Of a DNA stretch of 64,000 bases, positions 7,960-15,045 are shown piece by piece. The stretch is taken from positions 193,698-257,697 of the forward strand of contig WRCD01000001.1 of the NCBI GenBank assembly GCA_009784185.1, given 5' to 3'. Numbering within the stretch: the first letter of the stretch is position 1; each line of letters starts with the position of its first letter. A program made the translations under genes and the position numbers. The notes beneath the pieces were generated by a model, which was given only the letters and a program-made list of their open reading frames with translations, ran no database searches and was not told where the DNA came from. The stretch is from Bacillota bacterium. Lineage in GTDB: Bacteria > Bacillota > Clostridia > Christensenellales > UBA1242.

Positions 7960-9189
7960 TTATCTTCTTTCGTGCGTATCGCCGTCTGCTGCGGCAAGGC
8001 GGGTAACGGCAGGCAGCTGGCTGGGGCTGTTGCGTATATATCTGTAAGGGCAGGTGTCTGTTTCAGAAACTGCCACAGCAGATATCTTTTTAGCTTTAAT
8101 AACCGAGCCGTAATCATAGTCTATAACACCGTTTACATTAATTTCCCCAAGCTCTCCCGATGGCAGAATGCTATTAATACTTGCACTGCCATATGCTATT
8201 TCCATTTCATTGCAGGTAATGTTTCCGGAGTGGAGCTCACCGCCCATTTGTATATTCAATTTGTTTGCTCTAAGCTCTTGTATGCCTGCTTTAATTATGC
8301 TGCTTCTTGACCAAATATCTCCGTATTTGCCAAGATGCACCTTTTCATATTCTATAGTTACTTGGCTTGAAAAAGCATCAATGTTTTCGGCTTCAAATAT
8401 GTTTAATTTCCCAGTCTGGCTAGCCTTAGCGCGCCTTTGAAGTGCGGCAGCTTTATAAATATCTTCCAGCGTATCAGCCTTTTTAACAATTGCGTTTGTG
8501 TCGTAAAAATCCCAGCTTGAATATTTGTTGCTGTTACCTAGAGCTATAGTCACAAAACTATCATCATCTTGCCCAAACCAAAACCCACCTATATAACAAC
8601 ACTGCTTTACGTCTAGGCAACCAAATTTAACCTCGCCTATATCATTCGGCATTCCGGTAATTGTCATGGTTTTAGTTTCAACCGATTTAATACGAGGCAG
8701 GTAACTGTGCCCAAACACCACCCTTTCGCCTGCTTTTATATTAACAGTTTTATTGCCAACAATATTCTCAGGCAATAGGTTAGTCAAATTTTTCTTTTCT
8801 ATGTTCAGACCGATGTCGCCGCCTAAAACCGCATTCCGGAATCTTACATCACCGCCGGCCTCAATTGTAAGGTGAGGCAGCTTGGTAAATTCCATGCACC
8901 ACTCGGGATTTTGGCCGCCAAAATTAAACCAAACGCTATGCGGACATTCAATTTTAACTGCGACATCATCCGGCAGTTTTCCATCCACCAAAAGCTTGCT
9001 GATATCGGTTATTTCCAACTCTCCGCGCGTTTTGTGATACGGCCTGATTTCCGATTCGGGCACTTTCAAATAGCTGCCCGAAACATAAACATATTGATTT
9101 ACACGCGACCATTCCTCTTCTAAGGCCTTGCGCTCTTCGGTGGAGTAAGGTCCGCCAATGATTTTTACAAAGCTTTCCTTAGCTGGCAT
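7960..9189 (-). CDS. Hypothetical protein, 409 aa, possibly beta-helix-like repeats in the C-terminal half
   Basis: Long ORF with AAAGGAG RBS 7 nt before ATG 9189. Short G-x-[IV] repeats (GDVRFRNAVLGGDIGLNI, GELHSGNITCNEMEIAYGSASI). No family recognised. Confidence 0.8.
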   Translation of the reverse strand: MPAKESFVKIIGGPYSTEERKALEEEWSRVNQYVYVSGSYLKVPESEIRPYHKTRGELEITDISKLLVDGKLPDDVAVKIECPHSVWFNFGGQNPEWCMEFTKLPHLTIEAGGDVRFRNAVLGGDIGLNIEKKNLTNLLPENIVGNKTVNIKAGERVVFGHSYLPRIKSVETKTMTITGMPNDIGEVKFGCLDVKQCCYIGGFWFGQDDDSFVTIALGNSNKYSSWDFYDTNAIVKKADTLEDIYKAAALQRRAKASQTGKLNIFEAENIDAFSSQVTIEYEKVHLGKYGDIWSRSSIIKAGIQELRANKLNIQMGGELHSGNITCNEMEIAYGSASINSILPSGELGEINVNGVIDYDYGSVIKAKKISAVAVSETDTCPYRYIRNSPSQLPAVTRLAAADGDTHERR

Positions 9190-9258
9190 ATGATTGCTCC
9201 TTTTAACTTGCTGCAATTAAGTATAGCATGTTTTTAAATTTAGTCAATAGTTGTTTTT

Positions 9259-9313
9259 AAAATCGCAAAATCAGAGATTCCCCAGAGGGGAATTTTATTT
9301 ATTTTGCGTTTTA
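9259..9313. repeat. Palindrome containing a minimal family-1 hairpin
   Basis: AAAATCGCAAAAT..GATTCCCCagaGGGGAATT..ATTTTGCGTTTT, immediately upstream of the rplJ -35. Confidence 0.7.
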
Positions 9314-9316
9314 CCC

Positions 9317-9345
9317 TTGACAATCGTGTATCTATATCATATAAT
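9317..9345 (+). promoter_or_regulatory. Promoter of rplJ-rplL
   Basis: TTGACA, 17 nt spacer, TATAAT (perfect consensus). Confidence 0.7.
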
Positions 9346-9367
9346 AACGTTATAATTTAATATCAGT

Positions 9368-9498
9368 CTTTTGCCAAAGACAGCAAGTGATGCGGGGTAG
9401 CAACCGTTTCGTAAACAGCACTTAGTGCTTGCTTGCCGAGGTAAGGATATCGGTTTTGTGTTTTCAAATCCATATGCTTATTTGGCATATGGGTTTTT
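9368..9498 (+). promoter_or_regulatory. L10-leader-like 5' UTR with terminator/attenuator hairpin
   Basis: AAGACAGCAAGUG ... CUUGCCGAGG resembles the conserved core of the Firmicute L10 leader as I recall it. CCATATGC-ttatttg-GCATATGG plus T5 at 9470-9498. Confidence 0.55.
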
Positions 9499-9539
9499 AT
9501 TATGTTATAGAATCAATTTAAAAGGGAGGGTATACGCTA

Positions 9540-10064
9540 ATGGACAACAGAATCAGTAAAAATAAAGAAGCTAAAGTCACGCAGGTTGCTGAAATTGCAG
9601 ACAAACTGAAAAAAGCTAAGTCGCTGGTGTTTGTAAACTACAAAGGGCTGAACAGTAAAGATGACACCGCAATGCGTGCTAAGCTGCGTGCGGCAGGCTG
9701 TGACTATCATGTTTACAAAAACAAGATAATGACAATTGCGCTTAACAGTATTGGCATTAATTGCTTAGACGGCAAGCTTGAAGACACACTGGCAGTTGCG
9801 TTCAGCTACAACAGTGAGATTGATGCGGCTAAGGTTTTGAAAACCGCTGCAGATGAAAATAAAATCGCGTTCAGGTTTGGCGCAATCGGCAACAGTTTTG
9901 TAAACGAAGCAGGAATAAAAGCATTAGCATCACTGCCTTCACGCGAGGTGCTTATTGCACAGTTGCTGGGACTCTTAAACGCTCCCGCAACAAACCTGGC
10001 CGGCGTGCTTAACGCACCTGTCAGGGGTCTGGCGGTTGCTTTAAGTGCAATTGCAAACAAATAA
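9540..10064 (+). CDS. rplJ: 50S ribosomal protein L10
   Basis: Typical L10 N-terminus (K..V.EI..K...A...VF..Y.GL), GGGAGG RBS, upstream of rplL. Confidence 0.95.
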   Translation: MDNRISKNKEAKVTQVAEIADKLKKAKSLVFVNYKGLNSKDDTAMRAKLRAAGCDYHVYKNKIMTIALNSIGINCLDGKLEDTLAVAFSYNSEIDAAKVLKTAADENKIAFRFGAIGNSFVNEAGIKALASLPSREVLIAQLLGLLNAPATNLAGVLNAPVRGLAVALSAIANK

Positions 10065-10083
10065 CAAAAGGAGAGATTAAAAA

Positions 10084-10476
10084 ATGGCGAAAATAGACAC
10101 ATTAATTGAAGACATTAAAAAGCTTACCCTTGTAGAAGTAAGCGAGCTTGTTAAAGCTCTTGAAAAAGAATTTGGCGTAAGCGCGGCTGCTGTAGCGGCT
10201 GTTGCTGCTGCTCCTGCTGCTGGCGGAGCTGCTGCTCCCGCTGCGGCCGAAGCTGCTGCCGAAAAGGCGAACTACACCATTATGCTTAAGTCAGCCGGAG
10301 CCAACAAGATACCGGTTATTAAGGTTGTTAAAGACATTACCGGTCTTGGAATTTCTGAGGCTAAGGCGCTTGTAGATGCTGCTCCAAAAGCAGTTAAGGA
10401 AAATGTGCCGAGCGAAGAAGCTAAGGGTCTGGTTGCTAAGCTGAAAGAAGCCGGCGCAGACGCTGAACTGGCTTAA
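10084..10476 (+). CDS. rplL: 50S ribosomal protein L7/L12
   Basis: Ala-rich hinge and C-terminal [24 protein letters not shown]. Confidence 0.97.
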   Translation: MAKIDTLIEDIKKLTLVEVSELVKALEKEFGVSAAAVAAVAAAPAAGGAAAPAAAEAAAEKANYTIMLKSAGANKIPVIKVVKDITGLGISEAKALVDAAPKAVKENVPSEEAKGLVAKLKEAGADAELA

Positions 10477-10500
10477 CCCCCTTTGATAAATTGAGATATA

Positions 10501-10529
10501 AAAACAGGCGTGCTACCGCCTGTTTTTTT
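10501..10529 (+). terminator. Intrinsic terminator after rplL
   Basis: ACAGGCG-tgcta-CGCCTGT plus T7. Confidence 0.85.
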
Positions 10530-10540
10530 GTTTGTTTATA

Positions 10541-10583
10541 AATTCCCCTCTATAAGAGGGGTGCCCGCAGGGTGGGGTGGTTT
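10541..10583 (+). repeat. REP-like element (family 1)
   Basis: AATTCCCCTCTataaGAGGGGTG-CCCGCagGGTGGGGTGGTTT. Confidence 0.8.
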
Positions 10584-10606
10584 CAAGGCAAAGACTATAC
10601 CGAACA

Positions 10607-10714
10607 AATTCCCCTTTTCCGAAGGGGTGGATGCCGGAGTAACAGCGGTCAAAGAAGAGTCCGTGCTGTTGGCCGCAGCAAGGCCGCGACTAGCCGCTTG
10701 CGCAGAGCAAGCGC
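10607..10714 (+). repeat. REP-like element, long variant (family 1)
   Basis: AATTCCCCTTttccGAAGGGGTGGA.. ending in TAGCCGCTTGCgcagaGCAAGCGC. Confidence 0.65.
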
Positions 10715-10728
10715 AAAAATCTTTTAAA

Positions 10729-10773
10729 CCACCCCGTCACTTCGTGACACCCCCCCCCAAGGAGGGGAATTTC
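10729..10773 (-). repeat. REP-like element (family 1) with a C9 tract
   Basis: CCACCCCGTCACttcgGTGACAC-C9-AAGGAGGGGAATTTC. Confidence 0.8.
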
Positions 10774-10790
10774 TTGTGCAACGACATAGC

Positions 10791-11132
10791 CTACACCAAC
10801 ACCATCGTAATGCCTGCATTGCTGTAAAACAACTCGATGTCGCCAAGCACATCGGGGCATTCGTCTTTTATTTTTTGCACGGCTTCGTTGTTGCCCGGCC
10901 ATAACTCACCGGGGCAATAATCAGTAATAAACCCGAGACTTTTCTTTTGCGGCAGCCATAGTTTTAAGGCTTGTTTAATTGCCCCTCCTGTGCCGTGGCT
11001 GCCCCAGCCGTGAATTATTTTAAGCACTTTAATTCCGCTCTTTTTGGCAATTTCTATTTCGATTTCAAGTAATCCAAGCGCCTGATTAACAGTAGGGCCG
11101 TGTTCTTTTAAGTTAATTGTTTCGTATGTCAT
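10791..11132 (-). CDS. Smr-domain protein
   Basis: LKEHGPTVNQAL..L..EI..A...G.KVLKIIHGWGSHGTGG.IKQAL..WL fits the Smr pattern. TGcTATAAT lies 6 nt upstream of ATG 11132, suggesting a leaderless mRNA. TTG 11150 is an alternative start. Confidence 0.7.
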   Translation of the reverse strand: MTYETINLKEHGPTVNQALGLLEIEIEIAKKSGIKVLKIIHGWGSHGTGGAIKQALKLWLPQKKSLGFITDYCPGELWPGNNEAVQKIKDECPDVLGDIELFYSNAGITMVLV

Positions 11133-11170
11133 GCTTATATTATAGCACAAGGGTTGGTTTGTGTCTAATA

Positions 11171-11215
11171 AATTCCCCTCCTTGGAGGGGTGCCCCGACA
11201 GGGGCGGGGTGGTTT
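11171..11215 (+). repeat. REP-like element (family 1)
   Basis: AATTCCCCTCCttGGAGGGGTG-CCCCGacaGGGGCGGGGTGGTTT. Confidence 0.85.
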
Positions 11216-11255
11216 GAGGCCACAGAAACTTTTTAAACTATTTTACGTTTATGTG

Positions 11256-11284
11256 TTGACAAATGCGCTGGGGGGGGGTATAAG
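11256..11284 (+). promoter_or_regulatory. Promoter cassette with a G9 tract in the spacer
   Basis: TTGACA, then AATGCGCT+G9 (17 nt), then TATAAG. Paralogous to 13433-13463. Confidence 0.5.
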
Positions 11285-11375
11285 ATGTGATAGAGAACCA
11301 GTTATGTACTTTTCTAAGAAAAAACCGACAAAAACGGAAACTGCGCCAAAGTTAGTGCTCTAGATAAGATAAACA

Positions 11376-11399
11376 AAAACAGCCGGACGGCTGTTTTTG
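11376..11399. terminator. Bidirectional terminator (rplI, and the short + strand transcript)
   Basis: AAAAACAGCCG-gA-CGGCTGTTTTT. Confidence 0.8.
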
Positions 11400-11400
11400 T

Positions 11401-11847
11401 TTATTCACCAATAACATTCACGTAAAACTTTGCGGTAATGCCTTCGTATAGCTTGGCTTTTACCATATATTTGCCTACGGCTTTTATGTTTTCGTCCAGC
11501 AGGATTTTTTTCTTATCAACTGTTATGCCCAGTCCGGCCGATACAGCTTCGGCTATTTCCTTGCTTGTAACTGCGCCAAACAGCCTGCCATTGTCTCCAA
11601 CCTTTACTGCTATATCAACTACTTTCAGGTTTAGCTTATCGGCTTCTTTTTGGGCGGCCAGCCGCTCCTGCTCTTTGTGGTAACTTTGCGCAGTTGCGGC
11701 TTGCTTAACCACATTAAGGTTGGTGCTGTTTACGCTTTCGGCAAGCTTGCGCTTAAACAAAAAGTTCCGGGCGTAACCGTCGCTAACTTCAACTACCTCA
11801 CCTTTTTTGCCGGTGCCGGCAACATCGGCTTTTAATAATACTTTCAT
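11401..11847 (-). CDS. rplI: 50S ribosomal protein L9
   Basis: MKVLLKADVAGTGKKGEVVEVSDGYARNFL. AGGAG RBS 7 nt before ATG 11847. Confidence 0.95.
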   Translation of the reverse strand: MKVLLKADVAGTGKKGEVVEVSDGYARNFLFKRKLAESVNSTNLNVVKQAATAQSYHKEQERLAAQKEADKLNLKVVDIAVKVGDNGRLFGAVTSKEIAEAVSAGLGITVDKKKILLDENIKAVGKYMVKAKLYEGITAKFYVNVIGE

Positions 11848-11868
11848 GGTTTCCACTCCTTTCCATAT

Positions 11869-11910
11869 AATTCCCCTCCTTGGAGGGGTGCCCCGCAGGG
11901 GCGGGGTGTG
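11869..11910 (+). repeat. REP-like element (family 1), upstream of rplI
   Basis: AATTCCCCTCCttGGAGGGGTG-CCCCGCagGGGCGGGGTGTG. Confidence 0.85.
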
Positions 11911-11930
11911 TTAATGCTCTACTAGAATCA

Positions 11931-11978
11931 CAACCCCCGGCGCCTTGCGCCATCCCCCTTGGCTCAAGGGGGAATTTT
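11931..11978 (-). repeat. REP-like element (family 1)
   Basis: CAACCCCCGGCGCcttGCGCCATCCCCCTTggctcAAGGGGGAATTTTA. Confidence 0.8.
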
Positions 11979-12077
11979 AATTCACACAAAGTCTACACTT
12001 ATTAATTCAATAAGTCAAACGCATAAACAAGTGAAATGAGAGTAATAATATAAGGGGAATATTTAAGGAGTGTTATC

Positions 12078-12365
12078 ATGGATATCAGATGCAGGAAAGG
12101 TATGTGCAAATACAATCAGGCGGATGCTTGTCATGCCAAGGCGGTAACAATTACTAATCATGCCGATTGCGGCCTGTATGTAATTGTGCCGGATAAAGAG
12201 CCGGCGGATAACAGCTCGTACAGACAGTTTGATAATGTAAAACTGAAATGCAAAGCAACGACCTGCCATTTTAACAACCATTGCAAATGCAATGCAAACG
12301 GAATTTCGGTTGCAGACGAAAAGGGAGATGCGGCGTGCTTTACCTATTGCAAAAAACTCCCGTAA
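12078..12365 (+). CDS. DUF1540-like Cys-rich protein
   Basis: Two repeats of C..(G/T)(M/T)C.(Y/F)N....C.A..(V/I). AAGGAG RBS. Confidence 0.7.
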   Translation: MDIRCRKGMCKYNQADACHAKAVTITNHADCGLYVIVPDKEPADNSSYRQFDNVKLKCKATTCHFNNHCKCNANGISVADEKGDAACFTYCKKLP

Positions 12366-12376
12366 GGGAGTTTTTT
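12351..12376 (+). terminator. Intrinsic terminator overlapping the DUF1540 stop
   Basis: AAAAAACTCCC-gtaa-GGGAGTTTTTT. Confidence 0.85.
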
Positions 12377-12380
12377 GCAA

Positions 12381-12431
12381 GTGAACAATGAACAGATAAC
12401 AGGTAACAGTGTCGGGTCGCTTGCGCTCCGG
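12381..12431 (+). repeat. Half-copy of the heptamer-arm element (family 2)
   Basis: GTGAACAATGAACAGATAACAGGTAACAG..GGGTCGCTTGCGCTCCGGA. Confidence 0.8.
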
Positions 12432-12440
12432 ATATACACT

Positions 12441-12536
12441 GTCATTGCGAGTCGCTCCAGCAGCACCTGCAAACGAAGCAATCCCAAGGATTGGTGCTTC
12501 TAACTGGGGGATTGCTTCGTGAGAAGGGGAATTTTA
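12441..12536 (+). repeat. GTCATTGCGAG..CGAAGCAATC element (family 3) fused to a GGGGAATTTTA end
   Basis: GTCATTGCGAG..CGAAGCAATCCC..GGGGATTGCTTCG..GAAGGGGAATTTTA. Abuts the peptidase stop codon. Confidence 0.75.
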
Positions 12537-13253
12537 TCTCCTGCTCAACAATATTGTAAGCACAAATCGCAGCAGGTTGAGTATTGCAACAATCAGTCCG
12601 GCAACGTAGGTAAGGGCAGCAGCGGATAGCACTTTCTTGGCGCCTTCCATTTCGTTGGGGTCTAGGTATCCATCTTGTTCTAATAGCTTTAGCGCCCGTC
12701 TTGAGGCGTTGTATTCTGTTGGCAAGGTAATTAAGCTAAACAGCACCGCAAGCCCAAACACACCAATGCCAACATAAACAATAATTTCGCCAGCCATGCT
12801 GCCGGCAGGGAAACCGGCGTACAGAACAATGCCCAATATAACCAGCGGCCAAAGCAGGATGTTGGAAATGTTTACAAACGGTATAAGCAGTGCGCGGATT
12901 TTAACCGGCAGGTAGTTGTCTTTATATTGCAAGGCGTGGCCTACCTCATGTGCGGCAACTCCAAGTGCGGCGAGTGATGTGGAGTTGTAAACCGACTCCG
13001 ACAGTGCCACGGTTTTTTTGCGGTGATGATAATGGTCGCTTAAAGTGCCATGAGTTTGCACTACCTTAATGTGATTCAGCTCGTAGCTATCTAACAGCTT
13101 TCTTGCCATTTGCGCGGCAGTAACTCCGCGCATGCTTACAATAGCCGCGTATTTGTGGAATGTGCTGCTTACCTTTGCTTGCGCCCAGCCCGCAAAAATA
13201 ATTCCCGGCAAAAGAATTATGCCTAACAGGTAATAGAGTAATAGTTCGTTCAC
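12534..13253 (-). CDS. Membrane zinc metallopeptidase (YugP/PF04298-like)
   Basis: HEVGHALQ zinc motif, an N-terminal TM helix and C-terminal TM helices. GTG start with AAGGAG RBS. Confidence 0.8.
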   Translation of the reverse strand: MNELLLYYLLGIILLPGIIFAGWAQAKVSSTFHKYAAIVSMRGVTAAQMARKLLDSYELNHIKVVQTHGTLSDHYHHRKKTVALSESVYNSTSLAALGVAAHEVGHALQYKDNYLPVKIRALLIPFVNISNILLWPLVILGIVLYAGFPAGSMAGEIIVYVGIGVFGLAVLFSLITLPTEYNASRRALKLLEQDGYLDPNEMEGAKKVLSAAALTYVAGLIVAILNLLRFVLTILLSRR

Positions 13254-13273
13254 GGTTGCGCTCCTTTGGAAAC

Positions 13274-13317
13274 AATTCCCCTCCTTGGAGGGGTGGCGCA
13301 GAGCGCCGGGGTGGTTT
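13274..13317 (+). repeat. REP-like element (family 1), first of a tandem pair
   Basis: AATTCCCCTCCttGGAGGGGTG-GCGCagaGCGCCGGGGTGGTTT. Confidence 0.85.
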
Positions 13318-13357
13318 GGGACAAGATTACCATAAGCGGGGAGTATTTGTCAATTAC

Positions 13358-13401
13358 AATTCCCCTCTTTGGAGGGGTGGCGCAGAGCGCCGGGGTGGTT
13401 T
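13358..13401 (+). repeat. REP-like element (family 1), second of a tandem pair
   Basis: AATTCCCCTCTttGGAGGGGTG-GCGCagaGCGCCGGGGTGGTTT, 84 bp after the first copy. Confidence 0.85.
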
Positions 13402-13432
13402 AAAACTTTTTGAAAAACTTTTGATTTTAATT

Positions 13433-13463
13433 TTGACAAACGCGGTGGGGGGGGGGGTATACT
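13433..13463 (+). promoter_or_regulatory. Promoter cassette with a G11 tract in the spacer
   Basis: TTGACA, then AACGCGGT+G11 (19 nt), then TATACT. It lies 31 nt upstream of ATG 13495. Confidence 0.5.
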
Positions 13464-13494
13464 GTATGTGTTAAACATTTAAGGAGAAAACAAA

Positions 13495-13971
13495 ATGCCG
13501 GGAGACGATGAAGTATACAGTGGTATGCTAAACGAAGAAAGGAATAAGTCAGATAGGCTGGAAGAAGAGCTGGCCAAAACAAAAGACGAGCTTGTAAAAA
13601 CTAAGGTTGAATTAGCAGAAGTAAAAAAAGAACTGGTTTACGCCGAAGAGTTTAATGAAAATTTAGTGGACCTTAATTCAGATGCAATGGGTTCTGTAGT
13701 AATGGCATTAAATATTATTGCAGACTATGCCAAACAATTGCCTCACGAGCAGATTTCAAGATTTGCGGAGGAAATTGCTTTAGCGGCTGAGAAAAGCGAT
13801 TCTTTCTTATGTGGCATTACCAAAATGTGGGTTTCCAAAGAATCAGGCAAAAAACTAAACATTGAAGTAGATTTCACCCTAGGGAAAAAGGACAGGACGC
13901 TTTTATTTAGGCATGACGGCACTATATCGTATCCAATCGAGGCTGCCAAAACGGAATTCAGCAAAAACTAA
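13495..13971 (+). CDS. Hypothetical protein, 158 aa, N-terminal coiled coil
   Basis: AAGGAG RBS. Heptad-like LEEELAKTKDELVKTKVELAEVKKEL. Confidence 0.8.
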   Translation: MPGDDEVYSGMLNEERNKSDRLEEELAKTKDELVKTKVELAEVKKELVYAEEFNENLVDLNSDAMGSVVMALNIIADYAKQLPHEQISRFAEEIALAAEKSDSFLCGITKMWVSKESGKKLNIEVDFTLGKKDRTLLFRHDGTISYPIEAAKTEFSKN

Positions 13972-13981
13972 GAACACAACT

Positions 13982-14007
13982 AAAACCGCTTGCAATCAGG
14001 CGGTTTC
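13982..14007. terminator. Bidirectional terminator between convergent ORFs
   Basis: AAACCGC-ttgcaatcag-GCGGTTT. Overlaps the stop of the minus-strand ORF. Confidence 0.6.
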
Positions 14008-14988
14008 TGTTATATTAGTAATTTTACCATCATCAATAACAAAATTAAATATTTTAGCTTCCCGCAGATTGTCACCATATATCACGGCAAGGCTGGTGGG
14101 CGTGTCGGCGTAGTTGTGCCAGCAGACCTCGGAGTAATCTCCAAAAAAGGTTAATAGGTGTTCATTGTTTAGCGCAGTGCTTAAATCTTCCGACAGGTAC
14201 TTTCTTGCAAGCGGCAGGTTGGAGATATTAATTGCTTCCATAAAGGCATATGGCATTAAGTGCGGATTTGCTGTAAGCTGTGGTTTTTCATTCATATATA
14301 CGGTATAGCTTTCCGCTAAAGAAAAGCCGGATTCGCTCAAAACATATTTTTCTACATAGCCATGCTTTGCTATGTCGTTAGCCAATGCAAGTGAGGTTAT
14401 GCTGTTATCACTTCCGGCCTCAATTTTGTCTGCGGTCAGGTCAAGTAAGTGTTCCCAGCGGTTGGCCATTAGTCCGGCATAAAGCAGGTATTGTCTGTTA
14501 TGCGCGGTCTTTCCCGATAGCTTTACGCATTTTATTTTGTCTAACGCAACGGATTCTAATGCATATTCGTTAAGCGGTTCCGGCAGGGCAAAACTGTATT
14601 GCTTGCTGTTTTCATTAATTATTATGCTCTGTACGTTGGTTTCAACCAGTGCAGCCGTGCCATTGTTTATGCTGCATGAGCATAGTTCTTTAGGCGGGGC
14701 ATATTGCGCAATTAAAAACGGGCGGCACAAAAGCTCTATGTGGTTGTTTGGATAAACCGTAACTACAATGTTGTCCGACGAGCAACTTGGGTTGTTGCCA
14801 AGGTTAAGTTTGGCCGCATATGAAAGGCTACTGCTTTTTGCCCCAATAGGATAGCAGCATAAAAACACTTCATGGTCAGCAACTTTGGCGCTGATTTTTT
14901 GCGCATTATTTTCAAGCGTGCCGGCCACGGTTCCGTTTAAGGTTATCAGCATTGGAGCAGCTGACTTAATGTGCAGGTGATGTTCCAT
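13996..14988 (-). CDS. Hypothetical protein, 330 aa
   Basis: Long ORF with no recognisable motif and no clear SD sequence. Confidence 0.7.
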   Translation of the reverse strand: MEHHLHIKSAAPMLITLNGTVAGTLENNAQKISAKVADHEVFLCCYPIGAKSSSLSYAAKLNLGNNPSCSSDNIVVTVYPNNHIELLCRPFLIAQYAPPKELCSCSINNGTAALVETNVQSIIINENSKQYSFALPEPLNEYALESVALDKIKCVKLSGKTAHNRQYLLYAGLMANRWEHLLDLTADKIEAGSDNSITSLALANDIAKHGYVEKYVLSESGFSLAESYTVYMNEKPQLTANPHLMPYAFMEAINISNLPLARKYLSEDLSTALNNEHLLTFFGDYSEVCWHNYADTPTSLAVIYGDNLREAKIFNFVIDDGKITNITETA

Positions 14989-15045
14989 ACAAATATGATA
15001 TGAGCTTTTATGTTTAAACTATGAATATTGGGCAATTATTAATAC

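Noticed and set aside
10750-10758. C9 homopolymer as a phase-variation site
   Set aside because: It lies inside the stem and loop of a REP copy downstream of the Smr stop, with no -35/-10 or start codon nearby. It may still vary in length, but no expression consequence is evident.
10510-10827. 105-aa ORF in the rplL-Smr spacer
   Set aside because: It consists entirely of translated family-1 repeat copies (10541, 10607, 10729). It has no RBS, and its peptide motifs (SIRGVPAGWGG etc.) recur wherever the repeat occurs. It is an artefact of the repeats.
13274-13401. Possible CRISPR-like array (two identical 44-bp repeats 84 bp apart)
   Set aside because: There are only two units and no cas genes. 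The repeat belongs to the dispersed family 1, which occurs in both orientations at irregular spacing.
13256-13474. 72-aa ORF upstream of 13495
   Set aside because: It is a translation of the tandem REP pair (NSPPWRGGAERRGGL appears twice) plus the poly-G tract. It is not a gene.
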